Part shown: one piece after another, positions 1-14,508 of the stretch | How the letters are laid out: each line of letters starts with the position of its first letter | Position numbering within the stretch: the stretch's first letter is position 1 | Translations under genes and position numbers: made by a program | Notes under the pieces: model-generated | Databases searched by the model: none | What the model was told of the DNA's origin: nothing | The model's input: only the letters and a program-made list of their open reading frames with translations | Assembly: GCA_951406725.2 (NCBI GenBank) | Contig: OX597831.1 | Coordinates: 21,514,001 to 21,578,000, forward strand | Length of the DNA: 64,000 bases | Source of the DNA: Octopus vulgaris | Taxonomy: Eukaryota | Direction of reading: 5' to 3'

Positions 1-234
1 ATATTTCTTTAATACCCACAAGGGGCTAAACACAGAGAGGACAAACAAGGACAGACAAAGGGATTAAGTCGATTACATCGACCCCAGTGCGCAACTGGTA
101 CTTAATTTATCGATCCCGAAAGGATGAAAGGCAAAGTCGACCTCGGCGGAATTTGAACTCAGAACGTAACGGCAGACGAAAAACGGCCACGCATTTCGCC
201 CGGCGTGCTAACGTTTCTGCCAGCTCGCCGCCTT
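1..234 (-). mobile_element. tRNA-derived SINE, family A, full length
   Basis: Reverse complement of 7421-7653. Head GGCGGCGAGCTGGCAGAAACGTTAG, B-box-like GAGTTCAAATTCC, body GCCTTTCATCCTTTCGGG..GATAAATTAAGTACCAG. Confidence 0.9.
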
Positions 235-406
235 GTAATATAATATATTATATATATATGGGTGTGTGTGTGGTTGTATATATATATGTATATATATATA
301 TGTATATATATGTATGTATATATATAAGTATATATATATACATATGTATGTATGCATATATATATGTGCGTATATATATATATATATATATATATGCATA
401 TAAATG

Positions 407-443
<37 letters not shown>

Positions 444-930
444 ATAACTAAACTGAATTTTAGTTGTTATATCTCGCAAGTGAAGCAACCAGTTAGAGCT
501 TTGTCGTTCGATTGTGAGTACAAATAAATAATAGATAGGGATGGTGTGAGGTAGAAATTGACGTTGAGAAATAGCAGCAAGAATGACAAATCACCAAATG
601 ATTCCCAACGGCATATTTATATTTTACTTCCGTTTGTGCAAAATAAAGTAAATTTGCAAACATAATAAGAATACAAAAATTATAAGATAAAATACAACAA
701 AAACAAGACTGAAAATTGCGGGGAAAAACACTAAAAAATCCCAGACAAACAATGTCACAAACATAACACGATCAACAGAATAAAAAAAAAAAAACGCAAC
801 AACAACAATTACAAGTAACATTAACAATAAAATATGGAGATTAATGGAGTTGTAGAAATGAGTCTTCAACTTCCGGTGTTTACGCGATATTTATGTAATC
901 GGAAGATAAACAAGCAGACAATGTAATTTT

Positions 931-967
<37 letters not shown>

Positions 968-1411
968 AGAGAGAAAGGGAGTGGGATGATGTGTGTGTTT
1001 GCATGTGTCATTTTAATGCGAGCAAACATCAGTTAGTTGTTGTTTAATTGAGGGTGGTGGTCATGGTTGTAAGTATGATGCTGATTATCACGGTGTATTA
1101 TAGTGTATACGGCGGTGGTAGTGTAGAAGTATGGATCTTCAGAATAGCTCGATGATCTTTAGGCATGGCTGTGTGCATGTATATTTGTACGCATGTGTAC
1201 ATGTACATGCATGCATGAATATGTGTCTGTATATGTATATGTAAATGTGAAGTGTATATATATACATATGTATGTGTATATGCATTCACACTTGTACATA
1301 TATTTATATATATATATATATATATACAAATAGAAATATATATATACATACAAACACATTTATGGAAAAACACATGTATGTATGTATGTATGTATGTATC
1401 TATCTATCTAC

Positions 1412-1448
<37 letters not shown>

Positions 1449-2714
1449 CATCTATCTATCTCTCCCCCCCTCTCTCTCTCTATATATATATATATGAATA
1501 TACGTATTTATACATATCAGTATGTGTGTGTATATATACACATAAAATTAAATATACGTATAGAAGATTAAATAACAGAAGAGGAAATGCAGATATGCTG
1601 ATATATACACACCTATATAAACAATCTTTAAGCATATAAGCATTTACATGTATAGAATATATTCATACGCGCACACACACATATACATATATATCTAAAT
1701 CTATATGTATATGTATACACCTTTATACATATGTACATACACACACTCCCACACACGTATATAAATATGTAATAAGGATGTCCAAGTATTAATGCATTAC
1801 GTACGTTTCAAGCAGCACCATTTAATCGATCGATGAAAACATTACATCAATTTGAAAGAAACCGCTCTCTTCAGAAGCAGATGACCGTAAAAGTTTCCAA
1901 CATAAAACGTAAACTATTTTTAGCATTAATAGCAAATTTATATCTGTACTAGATACCAAAATAATTGCACTGTTTCCCTGTGTTATATTTTTGGCAGAAT
2001 GAAATTAGAGAATAATGCATATGTATTTAAATCTACTATAACTTAGAGAGAAGTAGAGGAAAATAGTGGGCGGTAAGATATAGGAGTGGTTAGATAGTTA
2101 TCTATTTTTATTTATTTTTTATAACATTTTATGCAGCATATACGCTACAACCGTTTAGAATTAAATCGATTGCGAGTTGTCAGCTATATTCCAGTTAATG
2201 GTGATAAATTAAATAATGTCAGACAACCTCCTAGACTCCTATTTTCGGGTCCATATATCTAGCTTTGTCTACATAGAAGCATACTTCTCAGAAGTGCCAG
2301 TGAGAGAATGACTTATGGGGAAGAGGTGAAAACTAGCAGAAGGAAAGTGGCTTGTCCTTATTTAGATTAGCAAATTAAAAAGGGGAATATAGTGACAAAC
2401 AAAAAAGATAAAAATAAACTTTAAGGGCTGAAATTAGAAATGAGAGATGCTGGATGTACTAATTCGAAATTTTGTAAATTTATTATATTAAATTTCGAAA
2501 AGAATTATAAATCAATATATAGGAAAAGGATAGAAATTAAACTTAAAACCGAATAACGGTGTACTTTATTACATAAGAGAAAGATTCTACTGAATCTTAA
2601 TCATATTTTACACAAACACAGACAAACACACACACATCCATGTGTAATATGTATATATATATATATGTATGGCATTATTTATTCTCCATTACACGTGTTT
2701 CATTTGCTAACAGG

Positions 2715-2870
2715 TACTCTTTTACTCTTTTACTTGTTTCAGTCATTTGACTGGGGCCATGCTGGAGCACCGCCTTTAGTCGAGCAAATCGACCCCAGGA
2801 CTTATTCTTTGGAAGCTTTGTACTTATTCTATCGGTCTCTTTTTTGCCGGTTACGGGGGACGCAAACACA
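2715..2870 (-). mobile_element. SINE family B, 3' half
   Basis: Reverse complement matches 39380-39535 (CGACTAAAGGCGGTGCTCCAGCATGGCC..AAATGACTGAAACAAGTAAAAGAGTA). Confidence 0.85.
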
Positions 2871-3137
2871 CAAAATTGACATTTGCATGAAGCGTTTACA
2901 TATAGTTAGTAATGAAGACTCTTTTAGATAGTTTCATGGGGATAAAAAACATCAAGTCATACAGAAAAATAAGAGGGTTAGTAACTGAAGTAATACCTGT
3001 ACACACCTCTGCAGAATAATATATATGCAGACAAACTCACACATATACAATTATACATATGCATATATGTATATTCATATATATGATACGTATACATACA
3101 TATACGTATGTATATACACGCATATACTATACATACG

Positions 3138-3560
<423 letters not shown>

Positions 3561-4519
3561 ATCTACACACACATGCACAAACACAGACACGCACACACAT
3601 ATACATACATATATACACACATACGTACTTACAGATTCAAAAATATTTATTTCTATATACACACATATGCACGCACATCTATATACCCTTGCACTTTCCT
3701 ATTCACACTTACACGCATACATACGTATATATATATATATATATACTCTTATAGTCACACATACATATATACATACATATATACATACATATATACATAT
3801 ATACATACATAGTTTTCATCTTCTATATAAGCAAACATATATATATTCCAATTTATACAGATGTATAAATATAACAAACCAACATACATAGGTACATACG
3901 CACATAGATATATACATACTTACACACATGCTTCGTCAATGTATATACAAATTCAATTGCCACCAGGATAAACGCTGAAAAGTGCATTTAAGGAAAAAAG
4001 AAAAAGAAAAGACGAATTTTGTTTCACATACAATCCATACTTAAACATGCAGCATTTTCAGCGACTGCAGAAACAGACAGGCATTCATGTACACCCACAC
4101 ACATGTATACAGTCTCTTACACATATCCGCTGACGGAGGCAAATACGCAAAGATGTATTTATATATGTTAACGTAAGATTTTTTTGATATCTATGTCTCT
4201 AGGATTTGAAGCAATAACGGATTTTTTTATCAAAAAAAAGTGTGTAATGGTATTAAAGTAGTTTTCTATTTAAAAATAGCAAATTTAATATGCAGGCGAT
4301 AATAATAATGATAATAAAAATGAACAATAACAACCACAATCAAAATCGAAATAAAAATGGATTATAAAATTTTAATTATAAATTATATGTACGATTTGGG
4401 AAGGGGAGGAGAATAGTAAAGTAACTTGACCCCAGTAGGTAACTGGTATTATGCATACATTGAGGTAGGCTCAGTGGTATGTGTTTATATACGTGGTATG
4501 TGTTTATATACGTGGTGGA

Positions 4520-4725
4520 GTTTAAATCTTGATTTTAAGGGTGTTGCGAGGGAACTGGTTGGTAGCCCTAACTCCCGAGTTCCTTTACAGGGCTCAGAAA
4601 AACTGAAGGCCGTTGCAATAAGTATGTGAATCTGAGGGAGGAATGTGTTGAATAAAATTATAATTAACTGTCTCTCCTGCATTTTCTTTTACCTAGATGC
4701 AGGGACTTTTCAGCACACTGTCGTA
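4520..4725 (+). mobile_element. mariner 3' remnant (transposase C-terminus plus right TIR)
   Basis: Translates QGSEKLK..NKYVNLREECVE*, like the Himar1 end GIKKLEGRYNRCIALEGNYVE, followed by a TIR-like ACTTTTCAGCACACTGTCGTA. Confidence 0.6.
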
Positions 4726-4892
4726 TGTATGTATGTATGTATGTATGTATGTATGTATGTATGAATGTATGTATGTACTGTCGTGGCCAGAGTTTGGAAG
4801 ATAGCTCTAGAAATTAGAATTTTTATATCGTGTCCAATTTATAGTTCATTTGCAATATATTATTAATCTCTCACTATTTAGTCTGTTTTTAT

Positions 4893-5410
4893 GTTTTGAG
4901 ATAAAATTCCGCTGAGGTCGACTTTGCTTTTCATCCTTTAGGGGTCGATAACTTAAGTAACAGTTACGCACTGGGGTCGATATAATCGACTTGATCCGTT
5001 TATCTGTCCTTGATTGTCCCCTCTGTGTTTAGCCGCTTGTGGGTAGTAAAAGAAATAGGTATTTCGTCTGCCGCTACGTTCTGAGTTCAAATTCCACCGA
5101 GATCGACTTTGCCTTTCATCCTTTCGGTGTCGATTAAATAAGTACCAGTTACGCAGTGAAGTCAATATAATCGACTTAATCCGTTTGTCTGTCCTTGATT
5201 GTACCCTCTGTGATTAGCCCCTTGTGGGTAGTAAAGAAATAGGTATTTCCTCCGTTTTTATGCTTTGAGTTCAAATTCCGCCGAGGTCGACTTGGCCTTT
5301 CTTGCTTTCGGGGTTGATAACTCAAGTACCAGTTGCGTACTTGAGTCGGTCTAATCGACTGGCCACCTCCCCCAAAATTTCAAGCCTTGTGCTCAGAGTA
5401 GAATAGAATA
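4893..5410 (+). mobile_element. Head-to-tail trimer of 5'-truncated SINE A units
   Basis: Three copies of AAATTCC.C.GAG.TCGACTT.GC.TTTC, joined at AAAGAAATA|GGTATTTC. Confidence 0.85.
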
Positions 5411-6373
5411 TATCATTATTTGACCAAACGTTTGGAACATAGGTCTGACATTTAGAATTGAACCATTGGATCAATTATTAGGTGTATGTCGTATATATTT
5501 CAATCGAATTGTTCTTGAGCATAACAATTTTAATTTCAAAAAAATATTTCGAAACTTTTGGCCACGTATGTATAAATGCATGTATGTATATAAGTATGAA
5601 TGTATGTATCTATGTGTGTATGTAAGTATGTATGCATGTATGTATGTATGTATGTATGGATGGATGGATGCATGCATAGATGGATGTATGGATGGATGTA
5701 TAGATACATTATGTGTGTGTACATACAAGTGTTCCCCTGTCACGTGTTACAGACATGTTTACTGTGTGTATATAATCATATGAACGCGTAACACACCATC
5801 AAATGTATATTTACAACCCGCGCCCACCATCACCACTACACATGCCATCGTTATTAGTATGTATGATATAGTACACTTCGACTAAAAGACCCGTCAATAT
5901 TCTTGTTCATTTTCATATTGAGTCTCATTCGTATCTTTAAATCTCTTTATATCTTTATGACGTTTTGAAGTGACTGTTTCGCTTTAAAATAAAACAGCTA
6001 GTAAGCATCTACTGAAAACGAACACGACAGCTCACATAAAATATTTATTATATATTACTCAGGATACACAAAGCGAACGTGACTTCCAAGTTTCAATGAA
6101 AGGGACTTGATAGAGAAGTAAAAGAAAGTACGTTGTTAGTATAAGGATTATAAATATCAGTTGGTGTAAAGAACAGGAAGGAAGCTGTAGACAGTACGAG
6201 TTGATGAAGCGAATGGTGAAAGACGGAGATGTGTGATATGTCTGAAGAATTTGATAGCGAACTGGTGCCAGATAAAATAACAGATATGTGAAAGAATCAA
6301 AGAGGTACAGAAATACATATAAGAATATATGACGAAGGGCACGGGGGATAGAAAGGCACAGGCATTTAAATAG

Positions 6374-6434
<61 letters not shown>

Positions 6435-6598
6435 CGAAGAAAAAAACAAATAACAAATATGTGTGTGTATCTATGTGTTTGTATGCGTGTGCCTAGAGGG
6501 TTATGCATGTATAGTCATATGTAAATATTGCTACACATAACTGCATAAATATATATGTACATGCATATTCATATATATGTATATGTATTTCAATACCT

Positions 6599-6960
<362 letters not shown>

Positions 6961-7420
6961 ACACACGCATATGGATTTACACTTACATGTATATATATCC
7001 ATATCCATACATGAATACATACATATGCCTGCGTGTTTGTGCGTATGGTAAATACCTGACTGCGTATGAAATATGAATAAATGTAAGAGCATCTTTTCTA
7101 TGCCCTTTATATTCAGTAAATACGATACACGAGGAGTAATTAGTATTTGAATTGTATGAATGTCATTGGATATGAATGATCAGGATACCTTAAGAAAATA
7201 TCTATGAAAATTGTCATGTGCAACAGAAGCAATATACACTTAAAATAGCATACAGATGCATCATGGAAGTTCAAATTACTACGACGTTAGTGATACAGAG
7301 AAAGAATTACTGGATAAAATATCGCTGATGATGCTATTTGCCGACAGCTTTGATACAATTTCGTTATATGCGACTGAATCCCTATTAGTTTCAAATGCTA
7401 ATCTATATATAATACTTAAT

Positions 7421-7653
7421 AAGGCGGCGAGCTGGCAGAAACGTTAGCACGCCGGGCGAAATGCGTAGCCGTATTTCGTCTGCCGTTACGTTCTGAGTTC
7501 AAATTCCGCCGAGGTCGACTTTGCCTTTCATCCTTTCGGGGTCGATAAATTAAGTACCAGTTACGCACTGGGGTCGATGTAATCGACTTAATCCGTTTGT
7601 CTGTCCTTGTTTATACCCTCTGTGTTTAGCCCCTTGTGGGTAGTAAAGAAATA
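7421..7653 (+). mobile_element. SINE family A, full length with 17-bp TSD
   Basis: Intact head and tail; TATATATAATACTTAAT at 7404-7420 and 7654-7670. Confidence 0.93.
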
Positions 7654-7825
7654 TATATATAATACTTAATGCAGGTAGACACTTTTTGCCTCGGCAAGCG
7701 GTTGCCACTGTGTATTTTGGTACTGAAGGAACTGAAAGATGTAGAAATGTCCATCTAACAATTCCAATACTACTGGTGGGTGAATTTCTTCCGCTATTAC
7801 ACTTTACTCCTTACTCGTTACAGAC

Positions 7826-8124
7826 AGGTGACTATGGCCATGCTGGAGGACCACCGCTAAGTTACGAGGACGTAAACACACCAGCATCGGTTGTCAAGCG
7901 ATGTTAGGGGAGAAACAAAGACACACAAATACGCACACATATAAATATATAAATATATATGACGGGCTTCTTTCAGTTTCCGTCCACCAAATCCACTCAC
8001 AAGGCTTTGGTCGGCCCGACGCTATAGTAGAAGACACTTGCCCAAGGTGCCACGCAGTAGGAAGGAACACGGAAACATGTGGTTGGTAAGCAAGCTACTT
8101 AGCACACAGCCACTCCTACGCCTA
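7826..8124 (-). mobile_element. SINE family B, internally deleted
   Basis: Reverse complement of 39119-39535 with part of the 3' half missing. Confidence 0.85.
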
Positions 8125-8398
8125 TATTTGTGCTTTCTAAAACTGTATTCTATACGATATTATATCTAACGCCGAACAGCAAAATCGATTGCTATTCCGT
8201 GTTGTATCTGCATTTATCATGATACGAGAATTTCTATACATGCATACATACATACATACATACATACATACGTACGTACGTACATATACATACATACACA
8301 CATACATACATGTACATATGCACATATACATATATATATATGTGTGTGTGTGTGTATATATATATACATATATATGTATATATATATATATATATATA

Positions 8399-8703
8399 TC
8401 ACATGATCACGTGACCGACCAGGCTATCGGATGTCGCTACACATTGCTGGTCACAATGCGCTTCGCATTGTTTTAGCCTTGAAATGACACCACCCCGCTG
8501 GCTAAACGAGCCGGCCAACAGAAGAAACGGTGAGAGAAAATTGTGGCGAAAGTACAGCAAGGATCGCCACCTCCCCTTGCCGGAGCCTTGAGGAGCTTTA
8601 GGTGTTTTCGCTCAATAATCAAATACGGTTTCGGTCTGAGAATCGAAACCGCGATCCTATGAACGCAAATCCGCTGCCGCAACCACAGGGCCATTGCTCA
8701 CCC
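8399..8703 (-). mobile_element. SINE family D (family C head, different tail)
   Basis: Close match to 22137-22437; 5' part shared with 61711-61890. Confidence 0.85.
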
Positions 8704-8711
8704 ACTATACA

Positions 8712-8781
<70 letters not shown>

Positions 8782-8808
8782 ATATATACTCCAAGCACAA
8801 ATATAACA

Positions 8809-9290
8809 TTAAATCCTCAAGTGAGAACAGATATGGTTTTTTGAGCTCAGAGAACATCTTAAAAATCGTTCCACAAATATTGCAAAAATGCCTCACCTCT
8901 GAAGCTGTTATTTCATTGTGCTTTTCATGCACGTTTAAAAATCTCTTTAACCTCCAAGAGAGTTTACACACCTTTTGATAAAAATTGAGACTGAAGAGCA
9001 ATTTCTTGCATAGAATGATGACATTGTGGGGGTTAAATTGCTCGTGTGATCGTGAATCAGATTTTAGACCATCTTTTACGAGGCAGATCCAGTCACATAC
9101 CTCGTACTGATATGAATTTTGTCCTGAGGTGTCGGAGAATTCCTCTTCACACAGTTTTCTTTTCAGTTCACAGCCCTCAATTCGATCGCTCTGAAATACT
9201 CGCACGCATGTCCAAATATTTTCCTACTTTAATTTTCTGTCAGTTGCAAAAGATTTAATTTGTTTTAATGGAACATTGAGTTTTTCCAAG
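8809..9290 (-). pseudogene. Decayed C2H2 zinc-finger gene fragment
   Basis: Removing one base from the A6 run near 8837-8842 gives CNICGTIFKMFSELKNHICSH (C-x2-C-x3-F-x5-L-x2-H-x3-H). A degenerate finger lies upstream (YQYEVCDWICLVKDGLKSDSRSH), and there is an in-frame stop near 9224. Confidence 0.55.
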
Positions 9291-9406
9291 ACAAGGTTTA
9301 TATATATATACCTACATACATTCAAGCATGACTGCAGCTTTAAAGCTGAAACAATCTTAAAAATATTGATAAAGATATACACATACATATATACATACAT
9401 ATACAA

Positions 9407-9476
<70 letters not shown>

Positions 9477-9759
9477 TTTTTATCTTATATTAAACTTTTT
9501 ATACTTTTTGATAGTTATATATATTTAATAAAAATTAAAAAAAGGAAATAAATAAAAATAAATAAATAAATATATATATATATAAATTTATAAATATAAA
9601 TTAATAATTTTAAATTTTTAACTTTAAATTTAAATAATTTAAATTTTGAATTTTATATATTATATATTTTGTATTTTATATGTATTTATTTTATTTCTAT
9701 GTTTTGGTTTATGTTTTTCACTGTTTGATTTGCCGAATAGTGGTTTTATCTCTAATTTC

Positions 9760-9830
<71 letters not shown>

Positions 9831-10064
9831 ATATCTTAATCCAGATTGTACAGACACATCATCAAAACTGCTCCAGTCGAACATCTTCCGTATTTTCAGA
9901 AATATTCGCAACTATATAATATTTCTGATCTACCTTTCTTGGATTAAGATGATGTATTTTGAAGTCACAAAGAAGATAATACCAATTGTTTAGTGTTGGG
10001 GAATAACACTATAAACCTGATAAACAACAACCTGTCTGAACTCGTAGCAATATTAATTCAGACA

Positions 10065-10375
10065 TTCTGTCTTTACGTTCTGAGTTAAAATTCTGCTGAG
10101 GTCGACTTTGCCTTTCACATTTTCGGTTTCGATAAGTTAAGTATCACTTGTGTACTGGGGTTCATATAATCGACTGCCCTCACCTCGCACAAAATTTCGA
10201 GCCTTGTGCCTAAGGTAGAAAAGAATATCAATTCAGACTTTAAGTAGGAGAGCTAACAGAATCATTCCTGTGCCGGAAGGAATCTTAGCGGTATTTCTGA
10301 CGACTTTTTGCTAAGCGTTCGAATTTTGCCGAGGTTGATTTTGCCTTTCATCGTTTTGAGGTCGATAAATATGCA
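10065..10375 (+). mobile_element. Two diverged SINE A-related copies
   Basis: TTACGTTCTGAGTT..GAGGTCGACTTTGCCTTTCA at about 10073 and 10315. The second copy is interrupted by the RTE fragment. Confidence 0.75.
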
Positions 10376-10574
10376 AAGAAGTAATTTCTACTCTTCTCCT
10401 CTGGAAGCCATCTACTCGCAATACCAGAGGGCGCACACTCTCCTACCCTGATGTAATCTCCAGGGATACAGGCATCCAGCAACAGGACCTCCGTAATGCT
10501 ATGATGGACCGTGAAGTCTGGCGTAACATAGTAAATTCCATTGTCTCGACCACGGTCGAACAATGATGATGATG
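10376..10574 (+). mobile_element. 5'-truncated RTE-clade LINE 3' end with (GAT)n tail
   Basis: Translates KEVISTLLLWKPSTRNTRGRTLSYPDVISRDTGIQQQDLRNAMMDREVWRNIVNSIVSTTVEQ*, a typical RTE C-terminus. ATATGCA TSD at 10369-10375 and 10575-10581. Confidence 0.85.
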
Positions 10575-10854
10575 ATATGCACCAACTGAGCACAAGAGTC
10601 CCAAGTAAAATTACTAGCATTGAGTCAATATTTGACACCAATATTAATTCAGTCATTCATTTCATGTCTTGTAGAATAAAAACGATAGGTGATGACCTAT
10701 TGTTTACAGCATTCGAGTATAAGACCACTCGATTAAGTAATGGAGAATGCGGCGTGTTGTTTCACTCCACTCAAATATAATGATTAGTGGCCAGGTACAG
10801 TTACTTCCTTTTTTCTCCCTCATAATTTTACTTGCTATCCCTATTAATCAATTT

Positions 10855-10974
<120 letters not shown>

Positions 10975-11280
10975 AGCGTGGAATAAATCATACTTGCTCG
11001 CGTATGACGGCTGGATGTGATGTACTTTAAACAATACCAATGATAAATAAAAAATAATAATAACAACAACAACAACAATAATAATAATTGATGATGATAA
11101 TATTAGTAATAATAGGAGTAATAATTATGATCATCATCACATTCATCGTATTAGTAATACAAACATTAAAAAAAAACTAATTCCAGGAGAGATTTAAAAA
11201 GGAAGTTATCCGTTTGACTAAATAAATTGATTAATTATATTTTGTCTGCTTCTAATTATTATTATTATAATTATAAATAT

Positions 11281-11400
11281 TTCTTCTTCTTCTTCTTCTT
11301 CTTCTTCTTCTTCTTCTTCTTCTTCTTCTTCTTCTTCTTCTTCTTCTTCTTCTTCTTCTTCTTCTTCTTCATCTTCTAATTATCATTATTATCATTGTTG

Positions 11401-11458
<58 letters not shown>

Positions 11459-11480
11459 CATTATTACTATTATTATTATT
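11281..11480. repeat. (TTC)n and (TTA)n microsatellites
   Basis: Directly visible. Confidence 0.95.
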
Positions 11481-11861
11481 TAACGATATGAGCAATTACC
11501 AACGAAATACCTCGTTTGTGAAGAAATTATAATTTATTGATAGCTTAAATGAATTTCATGTTATATATTTATTCTTTTCTTTCTTTTCTAAATATAAAAA
11601 AAAACAATACATTTATACTATGAAAAAAATATCATCATCCTCATCATCATCATCAATATAATCGTATTGGTTGTACAAAATATTAAAAAAAAAAAAACCA
11701 CTAGCAAATAAATGTAACACTGAAAACGAAAGAAAAATACTTTAAAAAAAATGAAAGCAGTGCAACAAAGAATATACAACAGCAGCAAAAAAAAAAAAAA
11801 AAAAAAAAAAAGAAAAACCAATTACATTAGTGCTTGGGTCAGTGATGCCGAATATGTTTGT

Positions 11862-11912
<51 letters not shown>

Positions 11913-12305
11913 TGTTTCGCGTGTTTTCTCCCGTTAACATTTCCGACTTTTGTGTATATTGTTTGTTTAATAAAATCACATATAAAGTTATTAAGGAAAT
12001 ACAAATGAATTATTAATGGCGGTCAAGATTTTAATTGGTCAATCATTATTTTATTTTATTTTATTTTAGTTTTTATTTTATTGTTTCTTATTTTATATAC
12101 TGTTGTTTCCTTTAGATTTGAACATCTGATTTTGGCTGGGTTTCGATCAATGCGAAATTAATGGTTGGGAAAGCAACGAAACCAAGAGAGATTATTTATT
12201 TGATCTTATCCTGTGGGTCATTCATATGCAACAATACTGTGATGGTGACGGTGGCAAATACTCATCGTTTTTCATCTGTCGCAATGTATCAGTTCAGGAT
12301 ACACT

Positions 12306-12359
<54 letters not shown>

Positions 12360-12372
12360 GTCTGTATATATA

Positions 12373-12415
<43 letters not shown>

Positions 12416-12428
12416 GTGTGTCTGTCTG

Positions 12429-12490
<62 letters not shown>

Positions 12491-13912
12491 GTTATCACAG
12501 AAATGTCAATATGAAGTGTAAAGGGGAGGACAGGTGAGGTTTACCCGTGGAAAGAAAAGCCTACGGAAAAGACCACGGTAACCTCGGTCAATGGAGTCAC
12601 ATGTTATATTTCTTTTTTCTTTTTTTGCGAATAAGCAATTCTCTGTTTTCAATTTCTGGGTTCATAGGATCATGCTCAAGGTGGCTTCGTCATTCATACG
12701 TGCCATTCTTGCTACATTCACCCATCTTTTTTAAAAACATTCGCTAGACAAAACTTGCCTCTCTACTTTCACTTTCCTTTTCAAGTGGTACTTGAAGAAG
12801 TTGATGAGAGATTGACCAGAGAGGAAGGTGTTTGTCTCCAATCCTTTCAGACGCGTCCACCAGATACATTCTTTCGCCATAGCCACAAGGATGATGAAAA
12901 TAGCTCTTCCTTCCCGTTTGAAGGAGGGAGGCGTGACAATATTGACGATAGACTCAGCTGATAAACCGACTCGTCCCACACGTGACAGCAGTTGTTCGAC
13001 ATAAGCCCACAGGTCGGAAATTGTTGGACACTGCACGAGTGCGTGCAGACCGGTTTCGTCGCTCTGACCGCATCTCGGGCAGGTCGGCCCCGTGTTTCTC
13101 GAGCCGTGTTTGTAGAGCTTATCCCGAACGGGTAGCGCTTCTCGTTAGCACTGCCAGGCCAGGGATCTCTGGAAGTTGTCCATGGGCCCTGGCCCGAAAG
13201 TCGTCCTGAACAGGCGGGTCAGGTACTCCTCGTCGACGTCCAGGTTCGCCCCGAGCTCGTCGTCGTACCTCCCCCTCCACTAAACCCCTATAGAATGCTT
13301 TGGTTGTGTTGAAGTCACTCAAGGTCGACCCAGGACGGCAGAGTTGCTTGAGAGCAACGCGACACTCGCGGTGCCATTCGCCCTTCTTCGGCCTCTTTTT
13401 GATCCACGACTGCAGTTCGGTCATGGAGACGAGCTGCGGGAAAGCGTGCCTCACAAACGGCGACCACACCTGTTCACCGTCGTCTACATAGAGCCAGAGA
13501 TGTCGCAGTCTCAGCGCGTGTCTGCGCATCATCAACCACGGCATGCCCAGCCCTCCTTTTAACGGGTGTTGACAGCAAATGGATCGCCTGACCATCGGGA
13601 CGCATCCTTTCCACAAGAAGCGAAAGAGAATGCGTTGTAGTTTGGTGATGGTAGGGTTGGGACAAGGTACGACGGTCAGGCGGTAGTAGATGACGGACGC
13701 GATGTACGTGTTCGCCACCTCCGCCCGACCTTTTTTTTTTTTTTCCCCTCCCCCTTTTTTTTAACCCCCCTTTTTTTGTCCTCTTTCTCTCCTTTTACGA
13801 TCCCTTTTGATCAAAACTCCCCCTTCCTTTTTTTTTTAGACCTTCAAAAGAAAAGCTCTACCTTGTAATTTGTTCTATCTGTGTGCAGCCCTGTGTGGCT
13901 AATAAAGAAACA
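12491..13912. mobile_element. L1/Tx1-clade LINE insertion, 5'-truncated and 5'-inverted, inside (TATC)n
   Basis: 12491-13730 (-) encodes a frameshifted ORF2 C-terminus (..FRFLWKG..PLKGGLGMP.., zinc knuckle CPRCGQSDETGLHALVQC) plus proximal 3' UTR. 13731-13912 (+) is the distal 3' UTR with AATAAA running into (TATC)n. GC content is well above the flanks. Confidence 0.88.
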
Positions 13913-13985
<73 letters not shown>

Positions 13986-14046
13986 CTCTGTCTGTCTGTC
14001 TGTCTGTCTATCTGTCTGTCCGTCCGTCCGTCCGTCCGTCTGTCTA

Positions 14047-14130
<84 letters not shown>

Positions 14131-14198
14131 CTTGTCTGTCTGTCTGTCTCTATATATAAGGCGGTGCTTCAGCATGGAGTCAGTAAATGAATAAAAGA

Positions 14199-14255
<57 letters not shown>

Positions 14256-14455
14256 TTCGGTAACATTTAGATTCTGATGAATACGTTACTTAAGTTTAGG
14301 GCACCAGAATGTTTATGGTATTATCCATATAATTTAAAATAAAGAGATTATTATCAAAATAAGCAACAAAGATATCCAGAGGTAATGCAGTACGATCGTT
14401 TCATGCGACTCCATTTTATTTCAATCTCAGTATTTAAGCTCTCTCTCACTCTTTG

Positions 14456-14508
<53 letters not shown>

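Noticed and set aside
840-910. Promoter suggested by the ACTTCCGGT ETS motif (similarly CRE/ETS motifs near 50990 and 54430)
   Set aside because: Isolated short motifs with no linked gene; expected by chance.
4717-4784. ACTGTCGT flanking (TATG)n as a TSD
   Set aside because: The left copy is better explained as the end of a mariner TIR.
10674-10794. Possible plus-strand exon (TTGTAG ... CAG|GTACAG)
   Set aside because: No frame is open across it, the donor is weak, and no peptide is recognisable.
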